64,000 nt of DNA from Cenarchaeum sp. (GCA_963693095.2 OY843768.1:1856001-1920000); one strand, 5' to 3'. Shown: positions 19,582 through 30,183, counted from the stretch's first letter. Program-made: numbers and translations. Notes: a model not told the origin generated them from the sequence alone.

Positions 19582-20190
19582 ATGTCCGAGGAGGCAAGGG
19601 CCGGGGGCTCCAGCGGCCTCTCGAGGCGCGACTTTCTCAAGCTTATGGGCGCCGCTGGCACTGGCCTCGCATTTGCTCCGTTCGTGCCGTGGGGCCAGTT
19701 CATGCCAAACCCGTCATCTGCGTCCCTCGAGCGCGTGCCCGTCGAGCTGCCAGACGGGTCGCAGGCCAACGCCGCGACGTTTCCAGTAAACCATTCTGAG
19801 GTCATCACGTACCCGCGGACCGGCGATCGCGTTCTTGATGAGGAGGCGTTTCGCAAGTGGCAGCTCATACGCCTGCCCGAGGAGCTCGGCGGCACGGCCA
19901 ACGACGCAAGCTCGTTTCGCGCATTTAGCATGGTCTGCCTCCACCTGTGGTGCCTCTGGAAGTACTGGCCCGATGCGGGCCGTCGGCGCGGCGAGTGCCC
20001 GTGCCACGGGAGCATGTATGACGCGCGCACGGGAACGTCATTTGCCGGTCCGGCATCACTCCAGGCCCCGCCGTCAGACACGCTTCCAAAGCTCGACCTC
20101 GAGGCCGGCAGTGATGGCCTCTTGTGGATAAAGCCCCCAGTCTGGGGCGTCAATGACAACGGTGTGGTGGGCTATGGCCGCTTTGTATGA
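19582..20190 (+). CDS. petC: Rieske 2Fe-2S protein of complex III, Tat-exported
   Basis: 'SRRDFLK' Tat signal; 'CLHLWC' and 'CPCHGS'. Confidence 0.96.
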   Translation: MSEEARAGGSSGLSRRDFLKLMGAAGTGLAFAPFVPWGQFMPNPSSASLERVPVELPDGSQANAATFPVNHSEVITYPRTGDRVLDEEAFRKWQLIRLPEELGGTANDASSFRAFSMVCLHLWCLWKYWPDAGRRRGECPCHGSMYDARTGTSFAGPASLQAPPSDTLPKLDLEAGSDGLLWIKPPVWGVNDNGVVGYGRFV

Positions 20191-21649
20191 GGGCCGCCAG
20201 ACTGGCGCCGTAGGATTTTTCCACTGGCTCTGGGACGGCTTTGAGCGCACGATATTTGCCGCCGTAAAGTTCTCGTTCCCGTCAAGGTTTGTGAGCCCGT
20301 TTGGGTTTCTTGGAATGCTCACGTTCATCGTGTTCATCATACTTGGCGTCTCTGGCGCGCTCCTCATGTTCTACTATCAGCCGATACTCGATCGCGCATG
20401 GGACAGCGTCCAGTTCATCAATGACGAGGTTCCGTTTGGGTTCCACATACGCAACATACACTATCACGGGTCAAACGCGATGGTTCTCCTGGCCATACTC
20501 CACATGTACTATCAGTATTTCAGCGGCCGCTACAAGATACGCAACGAGCTCCTCTGGGTGACCGGAGTCATACTCGGCACGGTCACGATACTCGAGGCGT
20601 TCACCGGATATGACGTGATATTCAGCGAAAGGGCCGAGCTTGCGATCAGCATTGCCGCATCGCTGACCAACTCTATACCGGTAATAGGGCCGACGATCCG
20701 AGAGTCCGCATTTGGGGCCGGATTTTCGGACTTTGTCCTGCGCTTCTATGCGCAGCACGTCTTTATCCTGCCCGTCGTCATGCTCGGCCTCATGGCGGTC
20801 CACTTTCCTAGGTTTCTCGTCTTTGACGTGCCCATGGTCATGGCGATCTCGGGCGCAATACTCATCACGGGCGGCGTGTTTCCAATAGACCTTGGGTTCA
20901 AGTTCGAACCCACGGTGCCGCCGGGGATCACGGTTCCCGAGTGGTACCTGACTGCGCTCTATGCGTTCTTGCGCACGCAATACGACAAGTTCGTGACCGG
21001 CGTGCTCTGGCCGGGCCTCTTTATACTCGCGCTGCTCCTCGTCCCGTTCATCGACCGCTACAAAAAGTTCTCCTGGAAGGATCGCCCCCTCATCACGGCC
21101 TTTGGCATAACGGGAATCGCGCAGATGATGGTCACGACATACTGGGGGTTCTACATACCCTCTGACACGTCAATACCGCTCGTCGAGCGCCTCGTCATCG
21201 ACCCGATATACCTCTACACGGTGATGATCCTCCTCGTGCCGCTAGGGTTTGGGTTTAGCTATATGATGATCCATATGGCCCGCGAGGCCGAGCGAAAGGC
21301 AAAGCTCGCCAAGGAGACCGGGCCGCGCCAGGTCGCAAAGATAGACCTGTCTGACAAGTGGGTCAACTGGATAATCATCGCGCTCATCGCGTTCCAGGTC
21401 TTCCTCAACATTGCCGCATACAATGCCGCACTCGCCGGAATGAAGAACCTGTCGCTGTTCTGGGTCGGCCTCATACTCGTCGTCTTTGCGGCGTTCTTTC
21501 ACGTGTACCGCTATGGCCTCGGCAAGGCCAAAAAGCTGCCCACGCCGCCGCCGGGCATCGTGGCCCGCGAGAGGCCAAAGGCCATCGAGGCGGCCCCCGA
21601 GACGCCCGAGCTGCCCGAGTCTGGCACGCCTGATGGCGCAAAGGCATAG
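20174..21649 (+). CDS. petB: cytochrome b of complex III
   Basis: 'RNIHYHGSN', 'ILH', 'RFYAQHVF', 'VPEWY'. Confidence 0.96.
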   Translation: MAALYEGRQTGAVGFFHWLWDGFERTIFAAVKFSFPSRFVSPFGFLGMLTFIVFIILGVSGALLMFYYQPILDRAWDSVQFINDEVPFGFHIRNIHYHGSNAMVLLAILHMYYQYFSGRYKIRNELLWVTGVILGTVTILEAFTGYDVIFSERAELAISIAASLTNSIPVIGPTIRESAFGAGFSDFVLRFYAQHVFILPVVMLGLMAVHFPRFLVFDVPMVMAISGAILITGGVFPIDLGFKFEPTVPPGITVPEWYLTALYAFLRTQYDKFVTGVLWPGLFILALLLVPFIDRYKKFSWKDRPLITAFGITGIAQMMVTTYWGFYIPSDTSIPLVERLVIDPIYLYTVMILLVPLGFGFSYMMIHMAREAERKAKLAKETGPRQVAKIDLSDKWVNWIIIALIAFQVFLNIAAYNAALAGMKNLSLFWVGLILVVFAAFFHVYRYGLGKAKKLPTPPPGIVARERPKAIEAAPETPELPESGTPDGAKA

Positions 21650-21708
21650 TGTGCCCGGGAATCTCTACACCCACTCACATCTGCGTCATGCGGTCAATGG
21701 TGTGCCGC

Positions 21709-22455
21709 TCAGTATTCAATGACAACGTCAGGATCAGTGTCTAGCGCCTTTCTGAGATACGGGCTCCCATCGTCCTCTCTTCCAAGACGCACTAGCACAA
21801 CGTACTTTTCATAATTTATCTTGGCGTTATCGGGCTTTATCTCTAGTGCGTAATTTAGCGCCTGCAACGCCTCGTTGTTTCGCCCCATGACGAGCAGCAC
21901 GGTGCCCTTTAGCGCATAAGCCCACTCATGCCTGGCTTCTAGCCCCATGGCGCGCTCTATGGACTCTAGTGCCTCGTTATGGTGTCCCTGCATCGCAAGT
22001 GCCTGTGCCTTGCCCATGTGAAGCCAGGCATATCTCGGGTTTAGCTTCAGTCCACGCTCAAAGCACTCTAGGCCCTCCTCCACCTTGTTCTTGCCTAGCA
22101 GGAGATCACCCAACAGGCGGTATGCGTTCCAGTGGTCCGGATCAAGCCTTGTTGCGTGACGCATCTCCTCTATTGCCATATCGCGCTCCCCAATTGCTGC
22201 CATTACAGCGCCCTTGACAAAGTGCGCGTCTGCGAGATTGGGATCCAGCGATATGGCAGCCTCTGCTCTCTCAAGGGCCTCCTCAACATAATCAAAGTAG
22301 TACAGGGCTGCGGCCACGTCGGCGTGTGCACTGGCGCTGTCGCGGTTCTCCTGCAGCGCGAGCTCTGCCCTGTGAAGCTCCCCGAATGCAGCCTCCATGC
22401 CATCCTTGTCGGCCTCTACGTCCACGACCCCCGGCAGCTCTAGAACTGTCTTCAT
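21709..22455 (-). CDS. TPR repeat protein
   Basis: 34-aa periodic 'A..LDP....AH' motifs; paralog of 23892..24665. Confidence 0.9.
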   Translation of the reverse strand: MKTVLELPGVVDVEADKDGMEAAFGELHRAELALQENRDSASAHADVAAALYYFDYVEEALERAEAAISLDPNLADAHFVKGAVMAAIGERDMAIEEMRHATRLDPDHWNAYRLLGDLLLGKNKVEEGLECFERGLKLNPRYAWLHMGKAQALAMQGHHNEALESIERAMGLEARHEWAYALKGTVLLVMGRNNEALQALNYALEIKPDNAKINYEKYVVLVRLGREDDGSPYLRKALDTDPDVVIEY

Positions 22456-22668
22456 GCAGGGCGAACACTGCCCGTTCCATAAAAATTGAACGTGGTCTGT
22501 CACGCATGAGGTCAGCGCCCATGGCAGTTCATGCCTATGCAGGCGCCGCAGTGGCCAAGTCGATCGACAGGATCACGCCTATTTGGCAAAATGGGCTGGT
22601 GGTGTGCTGACCCTATACGCTCCATCGATCATGTGACTTAATAGTCAGTAGCGCCGCTTCTGGCTCCG

Positions 22669-23805
22669 ATGATTCGGGCAGACGCGTTCAGGAATGCGGC
22701 GATCAGGATACTGCAGAAATCGCGCACGCCGCTCCATTTTGAGCGCATTGCGGACAGGGCGTTGACCCAAAAAATTATTCTGCTGGGCGTGAATGTGCTA
22801 GATGACTATATGGGTGCAGTATTACGCCACGATATGGAACAATACGGCAGCAGATCGGCGTTTGTCGAGACCGCTCCGGGACATTATGGGCTAAACCCGG
22901 ATCGGGCATCAAATATGCCTGTTGAGGAGACGGAAAAATCAATGCCAAAGACCGCCGAGTTCAAAAAAGCCGCAATTCACATACTGCGCGGCTCCCTAGG
23001 CCCGCTTCATTTTGGGCACATCACGGCAAGGGCTGTGTCTGAAGGCATGCTCCGGCCTAACAGGTATACGATTACGGCACTCATGGGAGAGATTCTTCAA
23101 AACGATGTCATGCGCAACGACAAGCAATCCGTGTTTACTGCCACAACTGATGGTTCTTATCGCCTAAACACAAATCATCCACACTCCAAAATGTCTTTTC
23201 CTAAACACATCGTTCCACGGTCTACACAACATGCACATTCTTCCCAAACTGCCGTGTCAACCAATGCTCCTGAGCAAACAGGTAGTATCCAAACCATATT
23301 TGAGTCTCACTCACCTAAACCGCCATTGCCCAGTTCGCGCAACTTGCCTTTTTTGAAAGCGTATGTGGGCAAGGGGGGAGAACACCTAGTGGCTAGCAAA
23401 TTGCTCTTTTTGAGATACAATGTGAGTGTGCCAACAGTGGATATGGGAGCCGATCTATTGGTCACAAAAGATGGCTCTTCCCACTATTACATACAAGTAA
23501 AAACTATAACAGAAGTTGACAATAAATATCGTTTTCACATTACAATCAATTCCTTTTATAGGCAAAATGCTGACAATATGTTCTATGTATTCGTCCTCCG
23601 CCCCACTCACTCCGAGCATGCTGCCGAAGAGACCTTTTTGATCATTCCCCATAATGTGCTGGAACAGGGCATACGTCACAAATACATAAAAACTGGCCAC
23701 AAATACTTTTCTTCTATTTTTCTTCCAACAGGCGGCAATTTTGCCATGGGCTCACCTAAAAACGACATTAGCCGGTTTGTTAATAACTGGAAGTTGATCG
23801 GATAG
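22669..23805 (+). CDS. two HARE-HTH-like domains fused to a PD-(D/E)XK endonuclease domain
   Basis: Two 'F..AA..IL.....PLHF..I...A...F....G.Y.L' repeats; 'GKGGEHLV...DMGADL...IQVKT'. Confidence 0.8.
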   Translation: MIRADAFRNAAIRILQKSRTPLHFERIADRALTQKIILLGVNVLDDYMGAVLRHDMEQYGSRSAFVETAPGHYGLNPDRASNMPVEETEKSMPKTAEFKKAAIHILRGSLGPLHFGHITARAVSEGMLRPNRYTITALMGEILQNDVMRNDKQSVFTATTDGSYRLNTNHPHSKMSFPKHIVPRSTQHAHSSQTAVSTNAPEQTGSIQTIFESHSPKPPLPSSRNLPFLKAYVGKGGEHLVASKLLFLRYNVSVPTVDMGADLLVTKDGSSHYYIQVKTITEVDNKYRFHITINSFYRQNADNMFYVFVLRPTHSEHAAEETFLIIPHNVLEQGIRHKYIKTGHKYFSSIFLPTGGNFAMGSPKNDISRFVNNWKLIG

Positions 23806-23891
23806 TCATGCTCTAACGCATCTGGCACGCTGGATATACAGCTGTCTATTAGTGTGACATGGGATGTTGTTTCCCGCTCAACTCTGACAAT

Positions 23892-24665
23892 CTACACAGT
23901 GCTATTGCCTTCGTCGTCATAATATCCCGTGGAAACGTTGGGATCCAGTTCTAGCGCCTTTCCGAGTGAATCGCTTCCCTCCTCTTCTCGCCCAAGGCGC
24001 TCCAAAGCAAACCATCTGTTAAAATTTGTCTTGGCAACGTTGGGTCTTATCTCTAGCGCACGGTCTAACGCAAGCACGGCTTCCTCGTTGCGCCTCATTA
24101 TGATCAGCACAGCGCCCTTGAGCGCATGAGCCGACTCGTGCCGTGGCTCCAGTTCTATGGCACGCTCTAGGGACTCTAGAGCTTCCTCGTTGTGCCCCTG
24201 TATCGCAAGTGCATACGCCCTGCCCACGTGGAGTCCGGCATATCTAGGGTTTAGCTGCAGTCCTAGCTCATAGCACTCTAGGCTTTCCTCCACCTTGTTC
24301 TTGCCTAGCAAAAGATCGCCCAACAGGCGGTATGCGTTCCAGTGACCCGGATCAAGCCTTGTTGCGCGGCGTACCTCCACTAGTGCCATGTCGCGATCCC
24401 CCATTTCTGCCAATGCCGCACTCCTGACAAAGTGCGCGTCTGCGAGATCGGGATCCAGCAATATGGCGGCCTCTGCGTTCTCGAGGGCCTCCTCGACATA
24501 GTTGAGACGGTACAGGGCTGCGGCCACGTCGATGTGAGCCTTGGCGCTATCGAGGTTATCCTGCAGCGCGATCTCTGCCCAGTGGAGCTCCATGACTGCG
24601 TCGTTTTGGCCATCTGTGCCACCCTCAGTATCCACAACCCCCGGCCGCTCTAGAACCGTCTTCAT
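23892..24665 (-). CDS. TPR repeat protein
   Basis: TPR periodicity; shares sequence and about 55 bp of upstream DNA with 21709..22455. Confidence 0.9.
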   Translation of the reverse strand: MKTVLERPGVVDTEGGTDGQNDAVMELHWAEIALQDNLDSAKAHIDVAAALYRLNYVEEALENAEAAILLDPDLADAHFVRSAALAEMGDRDMALVEVRRATRLDPGHWNAYRLLGDLLLGKNKVEESLECYELGLQLNPRYAGLHVGRAYALAIQGHNEEALESLERAIELEPRHESAHALKGAVLIIMRRNEEAVLALDRALEIRPNVAKTNFNRWFALERLGREEEGSDSLGKALELDPNVSTGYYDDEGNSTV

Positions 24666-24812
24666 GCAGGGCGAACACCGCCCGTTCTATAAAAATTGAA
24701 CGTGGCCTGTCACGCATGATGCTCGCACTGACCACCTCTGTTGCCTTGTGTGCCGTCTAGGGCGCGCCGACCCTGTAAGCTTTATAACGCAATTCCCGGC
24801 GCCTCGCGCCGC

Positions 24813-25271
24813 TTGGCATCACCGCAGAACGCATACGGGATTGGCGTGATGACTGTCATCGTCGCACTAGTCGCCGGCTCGGTCTTTTACCAAGAGTTCT
24901 ACCTGCCCGAGTCCTCGGCAAAGCCGTCTGTTGATGAGCACATCCTCCATCCGACCGGATCGTCGACCATTGACATGATCGACGGCTCGGCCAACCAGGA
25001 CCAGGCCGACAACTTTGTGCCAAAGCTCGTCAATATCCAGCTAGGAATAGACAATATCGTCACGTGGACGAACTCGGATGAGACTGCGCACACCGTGACG
25101 CCTGACCACAGGGTAGCTGACTCGTACAGCGGCACGTTTGGCTCAGTCGGAGTCGTAAAGCCCGGCGAGGCATACGAGTTTGTCTTTACAGAGCCTCACG
25201 AGATAGAGTACCACTGCGAGCCGCACCCGTGGATGACGGGCAAGATTATCGTCACAAAGCAGCGCTTCTAG
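24813..25271 (+). CDS. membrane-anchored plastocyanin-like protein (probable complex III partner)
   Basis: N-terminal TM; 'AHTVT...YHCEPHPWM'. Confidence 0.9.
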   Translation: MASPQNAYGIGVMTVIVALVAGSVFYQEFYLPESSAKPSVDEHILHPTGSSTIDMIDGSANQDQADNFVPKLVNIQLGIDNIVTWTNSDETAHTVTPDHRVADSYSGTFGSVGVVKPGEAYEFVFTEPHEIEYHCEPHPWMTGKIIVTKQRF

Positions 25272-25615
25272 CCGCGCGACACAAAGACGACGCTGCTGTC
25301 GACCTCCTTGTGCTGCTCTATTATCGCCGCGCGCACGCGAATCTCATGCGCCGCCTTGATCGCCGGCTCGACTTTTGCGACAAAGTCCGCAGTCCCATCA
25401 GGCATGTCCGCACTCGGGACAAAGAGCCTGGACTTTGTGCCCGCCTGCGCCTTGCCGTTGCATGACTCGAATGAGACTAGCGAGTTTGACCCCGTGACCT
25501 GCGCGTATATCATGACGCCGTCATGCCTGCCGCCATAAGTGATGGTGACGCGCCCGCGCAGCGTGTCACTCCCGCCCTCGTCGACTGACACGGTGCATGC
25601 GCCCATGGCCGCCAT
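25268..25615 (-). CDS. hypothetical protein
   Basis: ORF fills the gap between the cupredoxin and the tRNA; TATA-like ttaatta upstream. Confidence 0.6.
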   Translation of the reverse strand: MAAMGACTVSVDEGGSDTLRGRVTITYGGRHDGVMIYAQVTGSNSLVSFESCNGKAQAGTKSRLFVPSADMPDGTADFVAKVEPAIKAAHEIRVRAAIIEQHKEVDSSVVFVSRG

Positions 25616-25653
25616 TGCGCGCGCGCCCGATAATTAACCTTGGCGTGTGATCA

Positions 25654-25728
25654 CGGGTCCAGAGGGCTTCGATCCCTCGACCATTGGATTAGAAGTCCAA
25701 CACTCTGTCCATGCTGAGCTATGGACCC
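25654..25728 (-). tRNA. tRNA-Arg (TCT)
   Basis: Minus strand GGGTCCA TAGCTCAGCATGGACAGAGT G TTGGA CT-TCT-AA TCCAA TGGTC GAGGG ATCGAAG CCCTC TGGACCC G folds as a cloverleaf. Confidence 0.95.
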
Positions 25729-25754
25729 GTCGGCGAGTGCGACCCCGTTTCATT

Positions 25755-26639
25755 TTAAGGGTTTACGGCCCAGCGGCCATGCGCGTCATCGCGTCCGGCC
25801 TTGAAGAGAAACTGTTGCGCGTATCCGGCGTACGGGCCATACCTTTTCACAACGGCATCATGCACATTGGCGTACGTGCGCGGCGTGACTCCGGTGATCT
25901 TGCCGGCAAGGGACTCCTCGCCCATCGATGCCAGTATGCGGGCCATCCAGCGGTCCAGGGGAAACGCGTCGAGCCTCTCCAGGGAGAAGAGCATGACACA
26001 GTCGGCCACCTTTGATCCAACGCCGGGCACTGCGAGGAGTGACTCGAGCGCATCGCCGTATGGCGCGCCGCGCAGCGCACCCAGCTCGAGGCGTCCGGAT
26101 GCGACCATGTGGGCGGCCCGCCTGACGTATTTCGCGCGATACCCCAGGCCGCATGAGGCAAGGCCGGCGGCATTTGCGCGCGCAAGCCTAGAGGGCTCTG
26201 GAAAGAGGCAAAACTCGGCGCCCTCGTGCGTCGTGCGCTCGCCGTACCTTGCGCAGATGCGCCGCAGCGAGTCCCTGATCCTCGGTATGCTAGAGTTCGC
26301 CGACGTGATGAACGTGATGAGGCACTGGAACGCGTCCTGGCGCATGAGGCGCAGGCCGGCCAGGCGCCTCACTGCAGCATCCACCCTGCGATCGCGCGAT
26401 ATGTCGCGCAGTATGGCCTCAATGTCATCATCCTGCCTGAATATGTCCGGCGCGACGCCGGCGTGCGAGGAGATGCGCGGCCTCGAGCGCGACGAGTCGA
26501 CCGTTATGGCGTGCGCTCCGTCGACGCCACGCCAGAGGTCACCGTCGCGCTCCCAGAGAAAGACCTGCCCGCTGTTTATGCTCAACTCGACGTCAATGTG
26601 CCGCCTAGACGGTGACTGTCTCGTTGGCGACTGCGGCAT
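25755..26639 (-). CDS. 8-oxoguanine DNA glycosylase (OGG, HhH-GPD)
   Basis: 'SGQVFLW', 'GLGYRAKY', 'VPGVGSKVADC...FPLD'; start uncertain. Confidence 0.9.
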   Translation of the reverse strand: MPQSPTRQSPSRRHIDVELSINSGQVFLWERDGDLWRGVDGAHAITVDSSRSRPRISSHAGVAPDIFRQDDDIEAILRDISRDRRVDAAVRRLAGLRLMRQDAFQCLITFITSANSSIPRIRDSLRRICARYGERTTHEGAEFCLFPEPSRLARANAAGLASCGLGYRAKYVRRAAHMVASGRLELGALRGAPYGDALESLLAVPGVGSKVADCVMLFSLERLDAFPLDRWMARILASMGEESLAGKITGVTPRTYANVHDAVVKRYGPYAGYAQQFLFKAGRDDAHGRWAVNP

Positions 26640-27876
26640 GCGCGTCGAGGCCAAACTTTTCATGGATCTCGCGCGCAAACGTCTCGCACGACTCGGCGTC
26701 ACCATGGACCGTGATGACCTTTGGGCTGCCCTTTATGCGCTTGACCATGTCAAAGAGGTCGGTTCGGCCAGAGTGGCCAGAGAACTCGAACTTGCGAACC
26801 TGTGCGGCTGCCGCGCGCGACCCGCCGCGAATCTGGACCTTGCCGGTCTCGAGGAGCTTGCGGCCCGGCGTGCCCTCGCCCTGGTACGACACTAGCGCGA
26901 TGCCGTTTCGGTCATTAAACGCAATCTCTTGGAGGTAAAAGACGGCGTTGCCCCCGACTAGCATGCCGGCCGGAGATATCACGACGCACGGGCCCTCGAG
27001 GTTTCTCTTGCGGTCCTCGTGGCTCTTTATGGCGATTGCGTGGCCGACTGCGTCCTCAAAGACCTTTGGATCGCGCAGATAGTCCGGATTGTCCATTATA
27101 ATGTCATTGACCTTTAGTGCCATGCCGTCCATGATGACGCGGTGCTCAAAGTTTGCGTTGCGCAGGACGCATGCGATCTCTTGTGACCTCTCGACAGAGA
27201 ATGACGGGATGAACAGTATTCCCTTGCGGTCCATGACCTCGCTCGCAAACTCGAGCAGTCCGGCCTCTGAATCTTTTCTTGGCGGCTGGTCCTTTAGCGC
27301 GTACGTGCTCTCTGTTATCAATAGGTCGATCTCACCGACGTCAAAGTCTGCCTCACGCAGCATCCTCGAGCCGCGCACGTTGACGTCTCCGGTGTAAAAG
27401 AGGCGCCTCTTGTCGGCCTCTACGATCACGGTGCTCCCGCCAACGACGTGGCCGGACTCGCGCAGCTCGACTTGCGCATCGCCAATCCTGAACGGCTCGC
27501 CAAAGGAGTGGTGAGTCGCATTGCTCATCATCGCCTTTACCTCGCGCGACTCGTACTGGTGGCGGCCCCGCTCTATCTTTATCATGTCCTCTATGAGGAG
27601 CCTCGAGAGCTCCATCGTCGGCTTTGTCGCATGGACCCCGACGCCCTCGCCGCCTCCGGCAAAGAGGGCCGGCACGTTGCCCGAGTGGTCAAGGTGCGCG
27701 TGCGTGATCACCGCACCGGCGATGTCCTTTGGCCTGACGTGCGTCGGGTACTGGGGCGGGTCTCCACGCCGGCCAAACATGACGCCATAGTCGAGGAGGA
27801 GCTTTGTCGAGCCTGCCTCGACCATGAATGCCGAGCGACCCACCTCACCGGCGGCGCCCAGAACGCTTACGTTCAC
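26605..27876 (-). CDS. metallo-beta-lactamase / beta-CASP ribonuclease
   Basis: 'THAHLDHSG', 'SGHVVG', 'YTGD', 'FSGH', 'VHGD'. Confidence 0.93.
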   Translation of the reverse strand: MNVSVLGAAGEVGRSAFMVEAGSTKLLLDYGVMFGRRGDPPQYPTHVRPKDIAGAVITHAHLDHSGNVPALFAGGGEGVGVHATKPTMELSRLLIEDMIKIERGRHQYESREVKAMMSNATHHSFGEPFRIGDAQVELRESGHVVGGSTVIVEADKRRLFYTGDVNVRGSRMLREADFDVGEIDLLITESTYALKDQPPRKDSEAGLLEFASEVMDRKGILFIPSFSVERSQEIACVLRNANFEHRVIMDGMALKVNDIIMDNPDYLRDPKVFEDAVGHAIAIKSHEDRKRNLEGPCVVISPAGMLVGGNAVFYLQEIAFNDRNGIALVSYQGEGTPGRKLLETGKVQIRGGSRAAAAQVRKFEFSGHSGRTDLFDMVKRIKGSPKVITVHGDAESCETFAREIHEKFGLDAHAAVANETVTV

Positions 27877-27990
27877 TGCGTGGAGGCCCCCTGATCGTGC
27901 TTTAAAACCCTCTCTATGCGACCCCCTCGGGGGCGCCTGCGCCCACCACTGTCTAAAGCTTTAATTATAGCCAGATCGGCGGCTGCCCCC

Positions 27991-28209
27991 ATGGGCAGAA
28001 GCTACCAAGATTGGCTGAACCAGCAGGATCAGGCACTCGTGGCCAAGGTTAGAGCCGGCGACGAGTCGAACAAGCCTCTCCTGAACCAGATCAACTGGAT
28101 CTGGGTTGCCAATCTTATGAACAAAAAGGCAGAACTGAACCCCTCCTCAGCCGAGCTCCTCGACTGGGTGACATCGGGTCAGATCGAAGCCATGAGAAAG
28201 AACAAGTAG
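27991..28209 (+). CDS. small conserved hypothetical protein
   Basis: TATA-like tttaatta about 25 bp upstream of the ATG; plausible helical protein. Confidence 0.75.
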   Translation: MGRSYQDWLNQQDQALVAKVRAGDESNKPLLNQINWIWVANLMNKKAELNPSSAELLDWVTSGQIEAMRKNK

Positions 28210-28336
28210 GCGTAAACACTATGCGCTCACTATTTTTGAGTACGACAGGCACGCTGTGCGCCGCACGCCTGAAAATAACCCCGTTATAAGACTTCTATTA
28301 TGGTTTAAATACCTATAGGGGTATCCTGATTCAACA

Positions 28337-28639
28337 ATGCCAATAGCAATATTGCCTGATGTGGACGAGCAGAGGTGTATAGGCTGCGCACTATGCGTGG
28401 AGATATGCACTTCACTCGGACCAGACGTACTGCGCGTAAAGCCCGTAGAGGGCTGGAAGAGGGGAAAGGCGTTTGTCTTTTATCCGGAGAGATGCATTTC
28501 TGACGGCGCATGCATAGGTGTGTGCCCGACGAAGTCCATCTTTTGGATGAGGCCAATGAACTACACCGCGGGTCAGCCCGTGCCTCTCCACAAGAACGGC
28601 GTGTTCGTGAAGGGCTGGGCAGAAGACGCTGCAAACTAG
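28337..28639 (+). CDS. 2x[4Fe-4S] ferredoxin
   Basis: 'CIGCALCVEIC' and 'CISDGACIGVCP'. Confidence 0.93.
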   Translation: MPIAILPDVDEQRCIGCALCVEICTSLGPDVLRVKPVEGWKRGKAFVFYPERCISDGACIGVCPTKSIFWMRPMNYTAGQPVPLHKNGVFVKGWAEDAAN

Positions 28640-28650
28640 CGAGCTCCCAG

Positions 28651-30183
28651 CTATATCCTTCTTTTTATCTTGATCCTAGAGCGGCGTATGCCGCGCGGAA
28701 GGCTGCGCACGAGCCTTGCAATGCGCGCATCAGTTGCGTCATAGAGGACCGTCGTGATAGAGTTGCCCTCGATGACCTTTGCGAGCGACTCGGCGGCCTG
28801 TGCCGTCACGCCGCCTCCACACGTTGACGCAAGGTGGTGCGCTGCCGGATAAATGTCGCTCAGCTCTAGCGGGATGATCCCGAGATGGTCATTGAGCAGG
28901 CAGATCTGCGTGTCATCACCGAGCGTCTTTTCGAGTCGCAGCAACTCGGGGTCTAGGTAGGCCGGACGCGCAGACGGCTCGCCGAGTATGCAGAGGCGCG
29001 ACTTGCGTGTCTTGAACCTGCGGACCATTGCGTGATATGCGCGAACCTCAGGTCGTGCGGCGTCTTCGGGCCCAAAGAGGAACGCGGCCCTTGACTTGAA
29101 GCGCGGCGTGCCGTATGCCATGCGGTCGGCGTTTGCGATGAGCGTCGAGAGCGTGTCATAGAGTCGCGGGTGCGCGCGCAGCTTTTGAAACATGTGCTCC
29201 CAGAGCCTGCCGCCGGCTATGGACTCGCGCACGGCATCGACCTCGGACTTTATCGCATACAGGTTGTGCAGCGAGAGGAGCGCGCGCAGCGACTCGGCCG
29301 GCTCGGCGCGCAGCTCTGAGGGCGTGTGCGACGAGCAGACCTCGCACGCGCACGCGAGGTGGTCCATCGAGTCTAGCCTGCGCGTGCCGTCTGGCGTGAT
29401 GTATCGCCCATGCTTTGCGTATAGCGCATAAGACGCCGAGTCAAACGTGTCGCAGCCGAGCGCGACGGAGAAGGGTATCGTGAGGGGGTGGCCAGAGCCA
29501 AAGAGGTGGAGGGGGAGCGAGGGCGGTATGGCGTCACGCGCGGCGACGATCATCTCGGCTAGGCGCGCATACTCGTACTGTTCCATAAACTCCACAGGGC
29601 TGCCAAGGGCCATAAACTCGTATCCCATCGAGACTAGCTCGCGCGCCGAGCGCCTGACTAGGTCAAGGTGCTCGCTGCCCTGTATCGTGCCTGTCCATAC
29701 CTGGCCGGCGACGTCGGCGGCCTCTAGGGCCTGGCGTGCGGCCGCAAGCGTGTCCCTCACGTATGCGTGCGCCGCCCTTCTCGGGAGGCCCAGGCCCGTG
29801 GGCCGGTCAAGGGGGACCGCAATGTCTGAGCGTATGGCGCGCTCATAGCCGGCCATCATCTCGGGCACGACGTCTAGTGCGCCATACTCGAGGACCTGGT
29901 ATCCGCCCGAGTCCGTCATTATCGCGCCGTCGTAGCCGATGATGTCATGTATGCCGCGCCGCTCGGCCTCCTCGCCGTGGTTTCTCATCGTAATGTACGC
30001 GTTTGTTATGACCATCTCAAAGCCCATGCTCTTTAGCTTTGAGGGCGCAATGGCCTGCTTTACGGGGTGGACGACTGGAACGTACGCCGGCGTCATCACG
30101 TCCCCGTGGTTTGTGCGAATCTTTCCAATTCGGGCGCCTAGGTCAGTCTTTAGGACCTCAAAGACTCCGGCTGCGCGGCTCAA
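28651..30183 (-). CDS. tgtA: archaeosine tRNA-guanine(15) transglycosylase
   Basis: 'MTDSGGYQ', 'HLFGSGHP', 'DTFDSASY', Zn 'CACEVC'. Confidence 0.95.
   Translation of the reverse strand: MSRAAGVFEVLKTDLGARIGKIRTNHGDVMTPAYVPVVHPVKQAIAPSKLKSMGFEMVITNAYITMRNHGEEAERRGIHDIIGYDGAIMTDSGGYQVLEYGALDVVPEMMAGYERAIRSDIAVPLDRPTGLGLPRRAAHAYVRDTLAAARQALEAADVAGQVWTGTIQGSEHLDLVRRSARELVSMGYEFMALGSPVEFMEQYEYARLAEMIVAARDAIPPSLPLHLFGSGHPLTIPFSVALGCDTFDSASYALYAKHGRYITPDGTRRLDSMDHLACACEVCSSHTPSELRAEPAESLRALLSLHNLYAIKSEVDAVRESIAGGRLWEHMFQKLRAHPRLYDTLSTLIANADRMAYGTPRFKSRAAFLFGPEDAARPEVRAYHAMVRRFKTRKSRLCILGEPSARPAYLDPELLRLEKTLGDDTQICLLNDHLGIIPLELSDIYPAAHHLASTCGGGVTAQAAESLAKVIEGNSITTVLYDATDARIARLVRSLPRGIRRSRIKIKRRI

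Noticed and set aside
25654-25728. tRNA-Arg as island integration site
   Set aside because: Flanked by core genes; I saw no duplicated tRNA 3' end and no integrase
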